In this document: positions 56,638 to 64,000 of the stretch, one piece after another
How the letters are laid out: each line of letters starts with the position of its first letter
Numbering within the stretch: the stretch's first letter is position 1
Assembly (NCBI GenBank): GCA_963789265.1
Contig: CAWBKB010000005.1
Span: forward strand, 384,001 to 448,000
Source of the DNA: an uncultured delta proteobacterium
GTDB lineage: Bacteria > Desulfobacterota > Desulfomonilia > Desulfomonilales > Desulfomonilaceae
Direction: 5' to 3'
DNA length: 64,000 nucleotides
Notes under the pieces: model-generated
Databases searched by the model: none
What the model was told of the DNA's origin: nothing
Seen by the model: only the letters and a program-made list of their open reading frames with translations
Program-made: the position numbers and the translations under genes

Positions 56638-58890
56638 ATGCTGGCATCGGATCTGGACATAGTTTACGTAGGAACATTTGTCCCGAAAAGATGCGGAATT
56701 GCAACATTCACTAACGATCTTGCAGCCTCGGTATCCGAAGAAATGGGTGGCAGGCCCTACCGAGTTGTTGCTTTGACCGACCGGGCAGGCGCGTACGATT
56801 ATCCTTCTCAGGTCACGTTTGAGATTCGTCAGAATGTGATTCGTGATTACGCTCTGGCCGCAGAGTATCTTAACGGGTCGTCAGCCCAGATAGTCAGTTT
56901 ACAGCACGAGTTCGGGATCTTTGGAGGTGAGGCCGGCAAGTACCTTTCAGTGTTGTTGTGCCATCTCAAAAAGCCCGTAGTGACGACTCTCCATACCATT
57001 CTAGAGAATCCTCTCAAAGACTACCGGGAAGCATTTGAAGATGTGATAACCTGTTCTCAGAGACTTGTTACCATGAGCGAAAGGGGCTCCAGGATGCTCC
57101 AGAATATATACGGCGTTCCTGAGAGCAAGATATCTGTGATACATCATGGCGTCCACGATGTTCCTTTTGTCGATTCCAATTTCTATAAGGAAAAATTTAA
57201 TGTAGAAGGTTTGACCGTTCTTCTCACCTTCGGATTGCTTAGCCCTAATAAGGGGATAGAAACCGCCCTAGAAGCCCTTCCTGCGGTTGTGGACCAATAC
57301 CCTAACACCGTCTACATCATTCTGGGAGCTACTCATCCTGAAGTGAAGAAAGTATACGGCGAAGAATATCGCTTGTCACTGGAACGAAAAGCCAGGGACC
57401 TGCATATTGCGAATAACATTGTATTCCAAAATAGATATGTCGATCTACAGGAATTGACAGAATATATTTCTTGCTGTGATATTTACTTAACACCATATTT
57501 GGCAAAAGAACAGATAACTTCCGGAACACTGGCTTATGCTGTAGGAATGGGCAAGGCCGTAGTTTCTACCCCCTATTGGTACGCCGAAGAGCTTCTCTCG
57601 GATTCACGCGGGGTTTTGGTAGACTTCCGCGATGTGAAAGGCATGGCCAATGCACTGAATGATCTAATAGGCGATTCTGTGAGCCGCAACAGGATGAGGA
57701 AGTCTGCCTATGAATACGGGCGGACAATGGTATGGCGTGAGGTTGGGCGCCGGTACGTGGAAATGAATCTGGAAGTGTTACGAGAGCGGGAGAGTCTGGA
57801 CGTCGGATCCGTCTGGAAGCAGAAGATGCTGCCCCAGACCGCTGTCCCCGAGTTGAAACTCGATCATCTGATTTCTCTATCCGATAACGTCGGTTTGTTG
57901 CAACATGCTTGTTACGGCATACCTGATCGCGATCATGGTTACAGCGCCGATGATGTCGGTCGAGGACTTGCGGCAATCATGACGCTTTACAATCAGGAGA
58001 AGGACGAGCAAGTCCTCCCCTGGATCCGAACTTATGTCAGCTTTTTGAAGCATTCACAGACGGAAACAGGACACTTCCACAATTTCATGTCGTACGATCG
58101 AAGATTCCAAGACGAACAGGGGAGCGAGGACACGCTCGGCAGGGTACTTTGGGGCCTGGGCACTGTTGTCAGGTGGGGCCCCAAGGAGCAGATACGTGCA
58201 TTGGCTCAAGATATGATGCACAAGGCAGCACCCAGAGTATCGGAGCTTCAGGCGCCCAGGGCCATAGCTTATAGCATGGTAGGCATTGACCACCTCTTGC
58301 AAAAATTTCAGGGGGCAAGCCAATTCAGGCGGCTCTTGGTGCAATTGGCTGACAAGTTGGTCAGTCTCTATAAGGAAACAAGAACGGTCGACTGGCACTG
58401 GTTCGAGGATGCAATAACTTACGGAAATGCTAAAATGAGTGAGGCGCTGCTGAGAGCTTACCAGGTAACCAAAAACGAAGATTACCTGAACGTTGCTCTG
58501 GAATCGCTAGATTTTCTTACTAAAGAACAGTGGAATGGAGTATATTTTGAGCTTGTCGGCAATGATGGTTGGTATCCGAAAGGCGGAGAACGGGCCTTTT
58601 TTGGACAACAACCCGTAGATGCCGGGTACCTCGTTGAAGCTTACGTTGCAGCTTCCGAAGTGAGCGACAAATTCAAATACCTGGAGTTGGCCCGGCTTGC
58701 TTTTGAATGGTTCCTGGGACGAAACAGACTTAATGCTGCTCTTTACGATTTTGCAGACGGCTCCGTGGCGGACGGGATAGACTCCAACGGAATCAGTGCC
58801 AATCAAGGCGCAGAATCGGTGGTGTGCTATCTGCTTGCAGTTCTGAGTCTTTCTCAACTGAAAGCTCAGCGGATTCAGACTTCTTGGTGA
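56638..58890 (+). CDS. GT4 glycosyltransferase fused to an (alpha/alpha)6 glycosidase-like domain
   Basis: CGIATFT, QHEFGIFGG, TSGTLAYA; C-terminal GLLQHA...DDVGR...QQPVD...NQGAES. Confidence 0.9.
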   Translation: MLASDLDIVYVGTFVPKRCGIATFTNDLAASVSEEMGGRPYRVVALTDRAGAYDYPSQVTFEIRQNVIRDYALAAEYLNGSSAQIVSLQHEFGIFGGEAGKYLSVLLCHLKKPVVTTLHTILENPLKDYREAFEDVITCSQRLVTMSERGSRMLQNIYGVPESKISVIHHGVHDVPFVDSNFYKEKFNVEGLTVLLTFGLLSPNKGIETALEALPAVVDQYPNTVYIILGATHPEVKKVYGEEYRLSLERKARDLHIANNIVFQNRYVDLQELTEYISCCDIYLTPYLAKEQITSGTLAYAVGMGKAVVSTPYWYAEELLSDSRGVLVDFRDVKGMANALNDLIGDSVSRNRMRKSAYEYGRTMVWREVGRRYVEMNLEVLRERESLDVGSVWKQKMLPQTAVPELKLDHLISLSDNVGLLQHACYGIPDRDHGYSADDVGRGLAAIMTLYNQEKDEQVLPWIRTYVSFLKHSQTETGHFHNFMSYDRRFQDEQGSEDTLGRVLWGLGTVVRWGPKEQIRALAQDMMHKAAPRVSELQAPRAIAYSMVGIDHLLQKFQGASQFRRLLVQLADKLVSLYKETRTVDWHWFEDAITYGNAKMSEALLRAYQVTKNEDYLNVALESLDFLTKEQWNGVYFELVGNDGWYPKGGERAFFGQQPVDAGYLVEAYVAASEVSDKFKYLELARLAFEWFLGRNRLNAALYDFADGSVADGIDSNGISANQGAESVVCYLLAVLSLSQLKAQRIQTSW

Positions 58891-59189
58891 GAACCTACCT
58901 GCTCGCACGCTGTCTCAATATTGGTGATGAATATCTCCAACGGCTATTCGCTGAGTTAGCAGCCATGAAGTCTTGCTGTAACTTGCCTTCCTAACGAATG
59001 CTGCCCATGGTGTTTACCTCTTGTAAAGGGAACGCCTTTCAGCTAAAAGCCCCAAGAGCAATGATACACGCCCCGCGACGGGCATGCCGCGTCGCCGATA
59101 AAATCAAAGACACTCGCTCGCGCTTCGAGGCCGCAAATTTGATTCACTTGCGAGAAGCTAAGCGCTGGAAATAGAGAAAGGGATTTTCG

Positions 59190-60422
59190 ATGAGCGATTC
59201 AGCTCCAATAGTGATTATTTCAAGCTATCCGCCCCGTCTGTGTGGAATCGCTACTTTCGCTGAGGAAGCAAGGGAATTCATCCAGAAGGCTAATCCGGAC
59301 AGAGAAGTGCTCGTAATAAGCCACACGGACGGTCAAGGGGACGGCGTCTTTCCTATCATTGATATGACCCGTCGCGATTGGTGGAAGACCGTAGCAAGAA
59401 AGGTTTATGAACTACGTCCGCACGCTGTCCATCTGGAACATGAGTATGGTCTCTATGAGTATTACGACTCGAGAGGGCAAGGAGATGGAAACGAAGGGTT
59501 CCTGGACTTGCTAGAGGCAATCAATGATTTTCCCACGGTTGTAGAACCGCATACAGTCCACGGCAGACTGACGAATTTTGAGGCGAATTTCATTTACCGA
59601 ATGTGCGAGAGGGCAGGGGTGGTCCTGTTTAAGTGCCATTATCAGAAATGGCGATTGGAATGGAATTTCGTGGGGCGCGGATGGCAAACCCCGAGGAACG
59701 TCATGGTAGTTCCTCACGGAGCCAGGCCTGATAAGCGCTGGGGAATTGAGGATGTTCCTATCCTCAGGCAAGAGCTGGGCTTGGACAAGGTTCCATGGCT
59801 TGGCAAACACCTTGTGGGCATGGTCGGATGGATACAGTCCAACAAGCGATGGGACATTTTGACTTCCATGTGGGAAGACATTCATGCCCAGATCCTTGCT
59901 GAATCAGGACATGACTGGGATCTCTTAGCCGCAGGTTCCATGAGAGATCCTAATCACTTGTCAGACTTCAATCACTACCGTGAGCAATTGAAGGTTCTGG
60001 AAGGGAAAGAGCTTGCCCACTACTTTGAGTTTGTCCCGCGTGGAGAAATCTATTACAAAGTTATGGCGATCTGTGATTTCATAGTCTTGCCTTCTACTGA
60101 CGAGACGCAATCCGGAACACTCGCGCGTATTATTGCTCTCAACAAACCGTATATAACCACCGCCCCCATGGAGGGATTGACGGCTCAGACATTGGAGAGT
60201 GATGGTGGATTGTTGTTCACCACGAAAAAAATGCTGAGAGAACAGGTCATCAAAATGGCTTGCGACGAAGAATTGCGTCTGCGTCTGGGCGAAAATCTCA
60301 AGACATATCTTGACGAGGTCGTTTCCTGGGAACTGGTGGCAAACCAATATAACGAGGCATACGAGTTGGCCCGACTATCGGTGGTCAGCGGGCGGCCGGT
60401 TGAGCTTCCACTTGAATTCTAA
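59190..60422 (+). CDS. GT4 glycosyltransferase
   Basis: YPPRLCGIATF, HEYGLY, QSGTLA. Confidence 0.85.
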   Translation: MSDSAPIVIISSYPPRLCGIATFAEEAREFIQKANPDREVLVISHTDGQGDGVFPIIDMTRRDWWKTVARKVYELRPHAVHLEHEYGLYEYYDSRGQGDGNEGFLDLLEAINDFPTVVEPHTVHGRLTNFEANFIYRMCERAGVVLFKCHYQKWRLEWNFVGRGWQTPRNVMVVPHGARPDKRWGIEDVPILRQELGLDKVPWLGKHLVGMVGWIQSNKRWDILTSMWEDIHAQILAESGHDWDLLAAGSMRDPNHLSDFNHYREQLKVLEGKELAHYFEFVPRGEIYYKVMAICDFIVLPSTDETQSGTLARIIALNKPYITTAPMEGLTAQTLESDGGLLFTTKKMLREQVIKMACDEELRLRLGENLKTYLDEVVSWELVANQYNEAYELARLSVVSGRPVELPLEF

Positions 60423-61414
60423 TGAACTTATTTGAGGACGTCTCAAACATGAGATATGCACTTGAGGGCTGTCATCTTGAGTTGTTCAAGAGATATGAAG
60501 CAAATCCAATTCTCACCTGTCGAGATTGGCCCTACCCTGTTAATTCGGTGTTTAATCCAGGTGCCGTGTCAGTCGACGGTCGGTCGCTACTTTTAGCTCG
60601 GGTGGAAGACAAGCGCGGATTCTCCCATCTATGCGTGGCTCGCAGCAGCGACGGAATTACCGACTGGGCAATCGATCAGCAGCCGTCACTCGAGCCGCGG
60701 CCTGAGACGTACCCCGAAGAGATCTGGGGAATAGAAGACCCGCGCGTGACAAGGATAGATGAACTCGGGCTGTGGGTGATAACCTACACTGCCTATTCGA
60801 CGGCTGGTCCTCTGGTTTCTCTTGCCACAACGCCGGACTTTGTCAACTTTGACAGGCGCGGCACCGTCATGCCGCCAGAGGACAAAGATGCTGCGCTTTT
60901 TCCCGTGAAATTCAAAGGTCGCTACGCGATGCTTCACCGGCCTGTTTCAACATTCCTCGGAACGGGCGCACACATCTGGATTTCATTTTCTCCGGATTTG
61001 AAGCACTGGGGAGATCATCAGATAGTGCTCCCCGCGAGACGAGGCGGATGGTGGGACGCCAACAAGATCGGTCTCTCGCCGCCTCCCCTTCAAACTCCCG
61101 AAGGATGGCTGATCCTTTACCACGGCGTACGCGAAACCGCGGGCGGAAGCATTTACCGGCTTGGATTGGCTCTTTTGGATCTGGAGAACCCGACTCACGT
61201 GCTCAGGCGATCAGACGAGTGGGTCTTTGCGCCCGACGCTCCCTATGAGCGAGACGGGGATGTGGGCCAAGTGGTATTTCCGTGCGGATGGATTGCCCAG
61301 GGCAATGAAATCAGGCTATACTATGGTGGGGCTGATACGTGTATAGCTCTAGCTACCGCTAATTTGAGCGATTTATTGGAATTTGTAAAGAATTGTCCGG
61401 AAGGAAGTAGTTAA
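60422..61414 (+). CDS. GH130 mannoside phosphorylase/glycosidase
   Basis: FNPGA, GIEDPR, DKDAALFP, YHGV, VVFPCG, YYGGAD. Confidence 0.92.
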   Translation: MNLFEDVSNMRYALEGCHLELFKRYEANPILTCRDWPYPVNSVFNPGAVSVDGRSLLLARVEDKRGFSHLCVARSSDGITDWAIDQQPSLEPRPETYPEEIWGIEDPRVTRIDELGLWVITYTAYSTAGPLVSLATTPDFVNFDRRGTVMPPEDKDAALFPVKFKGRYAMLHRPVSTFLGTGAHIWISFSPDLKHWGDHQIVLPARRGGWWDANKIGLSPPPLQTPEGWLILYHGVRETAGGSIYRLGLALLDLENPTHVLRRSDEWVFAPDAPYERDGDVGQVVFPCGWIAQGNEIRLYYGGADTCIALATANLSDLLEFVKNCPEGSS

Positions 61415-61440
61415 GACTAATTAAGTACGGAGGCCAGGGA

Positions 61441-62793
61441 ATGCGTGTAGCAATGTTGTCCCCCATCGCCTGGCGGACCCCTCCTCGACACTACGGCCCA
61501 TGGGAGAGAGTGGCTTCGCTCTTGACCGAAGGGCTAGTTGCTCGGGGAGTCGATGTCACTCTGTTCGCAACGGCCGATTCAGAAACAAAAGGCAAGCTAC
61601 ATTCAATTGTCCCAAGGCCTTACGAGGAAGACAAAAGGCTCGATCCTAAAGTATGGGAGTGTCTTCACGCGAGCGAAGTCTTCGAGAGGGCCGTTGAGTT
61701 CGATTTGATCCATAATCATTACGATTTCTTGCCACTCACGTACTCCGGCCTCGTCGATACCCCGGTTCTAACGACCATTCACGGTTTTTCTTCACCGCAG
61801 ATTCTGCCTGTTTACAAGAAATACAACAAGAAAGCCTACTATGTGTCTATCAGCAACTCAGATCGGTCACCCGAACTTGACTACATTGCCACCGTGTATC
61901 ACGGCATCGATCTCGAAAACTTCACGCTGAACGAGGCCAAAGGGAAATACCTCTTATTTTTCGGCCGAATTCATCCTGACAAAGGCGTTCGGGAAGCAAT
62001 TGAAATTGCTAGACTGGCGGAGATGAACCTGACAATCGCGGGCATCATCCAGGACGAAGGATACTTTGATACTGAAATCGTTCCCCAACTGGATGGCGAC
62101 AGAGTTAAATACATAGGAAGCGTTGGCCCTCAGATGCGAAACACGCTTCTCGGGGAAGCCTACGCTCTCCTGCATCCGATACGATTTGACGAGCCGTTCG
62201 GTCTGTCGGTGGTCGAGAGCAATGCTTGCGGAACACCGGTGATCGCGTTCAACCGGGGCTCCATGCCGGAAATCATTGAAAACGGGCTCAACGGGTTCTT
62301 AGTTTCGGATGTGTCTCAGGCCGCGGAAGCAGTCGGCAAACTAGCGAATCTGTCCCGCAAAACATGCAGAGACGTGGCCGAGGAGCGATTCTCTAACGAT
62401 CGCATGGTTGAAGAGTACTTGAAGGTGTACGCCAATATTCTGGACGAAACCAAACGAGAGGATCATCGTCCGTGGGGGTATTATCAAGTGCTGTCTGACC
62501 TTCCGGATCACAAGGTGAAACGCATCGCGGTCTATCCGGGAAAGCGGCTGAGCCTCCAGCGACATCAGCGTCGGCGCGAGCACTGGACCGTTATACAGGG
62601 GACAGCTCAGGTGACACGCGACTCCGAGCAAATTGTTATGAAAGCGGGAGAGTCTGTGGATATCCCTCTGGGAGCTGTTCACCGCGTGTTCAATCCCGGT
62701 ACGGAATCGCTGGTTTTCATCGAAGTTCAGATGGGCGACTACTTTGGTGAGGATGATATAGAGCGCCTGGAAGACGACTTCGGAAGAATTTGA
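61441..62793 (+). CDS. GT4 glycosyltransferase fused to a type II mannose-6-phosphate isomerase cupin
   Basis: PPRHYGPWE, EPFGLSVVES; C-terminal RPWG...LSLQRH..RREHW...GEDDIERLEDDFGR. Confidence 0.92.
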   Translation: MRVAMLSPIAWRTPPRHYGPWERVASLLTEGLVARGVDVTLFATADSETKGKLHSIVPRPYEEDKRLDPKVWECLHASEVFERAVEFDLIHNHYDFLPLTYSGLVDTPVLTTIHGFSSPQILPVYKKYNKKAYYVSISNSDRSPELDYIATVYHGIDLENFTLNEAKGKYLLFFGRIHPDKGVREAIEIARLAEMNLTIAGIIQDEGYFDTEIVPQLDGDRVKYIGSVGPQMRNTLLGEAYALLHPIRFDEPFGLSVVESNACGTPVIAFNRGSMPEIIENGLNGFLVSDVSQAAEAVGKLANLSRKTCRDVAEERFSNDRMVEEYLKVYANILDETKREDHRPWGYYQVLSDLPDHKVKRIAVYPGKRLSLQRHQRRREHWTVIQGTAQVTRDSEQIVMKAGESVDIPLGAVHRVFNPGTESLVFIEVQMGDYFGEDDIERLEDDFGRI

Positions 62794-63749
62794 CCACCTC
62801 CATGAAAGTGTCTGTCGAACGATCTCTTATCCGCCGATTTAGTGGGAATCCCATTCTTACGAAGGAGCAAGTCCCGTATCCGGTGGAGACCGTGCACAAT
62901 GCCGGAATGGTCAAAGCCGACGGCCGCTACATCATGGTGTTCCGATCGCACCTTCGAAACGGACGCTCGGTACTGGGTTTGGCGAGAAGCGAAGATGGAT
63001 TCCGCTTCGAGGTTGATTCTCGTCCCTTCATGGTTCCGAGCACCGACGGAGTTTTCGGAGAATATGAAGAGTTCGGAGTTGAAGATCCTCGAATCTGTGC
63101 AATAGACGGGGATTATCTTATCACGTACAGTGCTTATTCCAGACATGGTGTAAGAATCGGCCTGGCCCGAACAGCGGATTTCAAATCCGTGGAGCGAATT
63201 GCGCTCATCACCGAGGCGGATTACAGGAATGTCGTCATATTTCCTCAAAAATTCCATGATCGTTTTGTTCGGCTGGACCGGCCCCATTCGGAAATAAGTC
63301 CGTGGTCGATTTGGATTTCCTACTCTCCTGATCTCATACACTGGGGTGATTCAAAGGTCGTCATGAAACCGGTGCCTTATCACTGGGATCAGATGAAGAT
63401 CGGTCCCGGAGCGACGCCTTTTCGCACCGATAGAGGATGGCTTCACATTTATCACGGTGTTTATCAAACAATGGACGGCGCAATATATAGATTAGGAGCG
63501 GCCTTACACGATCTGGAAGATCCGTCGAAGATATTGGGCGTGGCAGACGAGTGGATTGTTCAACCTGAGGATCCGTGGGAAGTTACCGGTTATGTCCACA
63601 ACGTAGTATTCACTTGCGGAGCAATCCCGGAAGACGACGGCACAGTTAAAATCTATTGGGGAGGTGCTGACACGGTAATGTGCGTGGGCACTGCCCAAGT
63701 TGATGATCTGGTAAACCTCTGTTTGACCAAGGCCCAACCTGCCTACTAA
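62790..63749 (+). CDS. GH130 mannoside phosphorylase/glycosidase
   Basis: VHNAG, GVEDPR, YRNVVIFP, VVFTCG, YWGGAD. Confidence 0.92.
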   Translation: MTTSMKVSVERSLIRRFSGNPILTKEQVPYPVETVHNAGMVKADGRYIMVFRSHLRNGRSVLGLARSEDGFRFEVDSRPFMVPSTDGVFGEYEEFGVEDPRICAIDGDYLITYSAYSRHGVRIGLARTADFKSVERIALITEADYRNVVIFPQKFHDRFVRLDRPHSEISPWSIWISYSPDLIHWGDSKVVMKPVPYHWDQMKIGPGATPFRTDRGWLHIYHGVYQTMDGAIYRLGAALHDLEDPSKILGVADEWIVQPEDPWEVTGYVHNVVFTCGAIPEDDGTVKIYWGGADTVMCVGTAQVDDLVNLCLTKAQPAY

Positions 63750-64000
63750 TTTTGACTTTCTTAGAGTGATAGCGATCCCGGCTTCATTAGACGGAAGATC
63801 TTTGAGAGCCGGGTGCTGAGAGGATTGGGGAAACTGAACGAAGTTGAGCATCGCGGCAACTCCGGGCCGAGATAGTTGTCATAATAATCAGAAGAGTTCT
63901 TGATAAACGCACTAGGGGTTTTATTCCATGAGAAAGGGCCTCACAAAAGAGTGGCAAAGAAAGAAGTTGCCGTCATGAGACGTGGAAACATGTCCACATT

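Overview
The window looks like DNA from a sulfate-reducing Desulfobacterota (Desulfomonile-like). This is inferred from a DsrC with the C-x10-C terminus and from the general gene content. Positions 1 to ~40360 are the right part of a mosaic genomic island. It ends at an isolated 5' half of a tRNA-Val(CAC) gene, next to repeats that resemble integrase arm sites. The island carries: a Dam-like methylase, ParB and IHF genes; an IS630 element and an IS1595 remnant; defence-like genes (AbiJ/Abi_C, Mrr, Apea-type HEPN, HExxH protein); metabolic cargo (suyAB, cynS, acyl-CoA ligase, methyltransferases); and a replication-like module of a primase-type Zn-finger/wHTH gene plus a compact family-A DNA polymerase with atypical motifs. 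The module is present once nearly complete and once as a deletion chimera. A 110-145 bp non-coding element ending GCATAATTnnGG occurs at least six times, each upstream of an unrelated co-oriented cargo gene; one copy extends from the end of the polymerase module. Positions ~40400-54734 are core genome (plsB-like, dsrC, tolC, M20 peptidase, namZ, SPFH, UDG, coaBC, tRNA-Arg). Positions 56.6-63.7 kb hold a GT4/GH130/mannose-isomerase cluster. Most frameshifts are +1 insertions at GTAC and are probably sequencing artefacts. All calls were made by eye, with no database searches.
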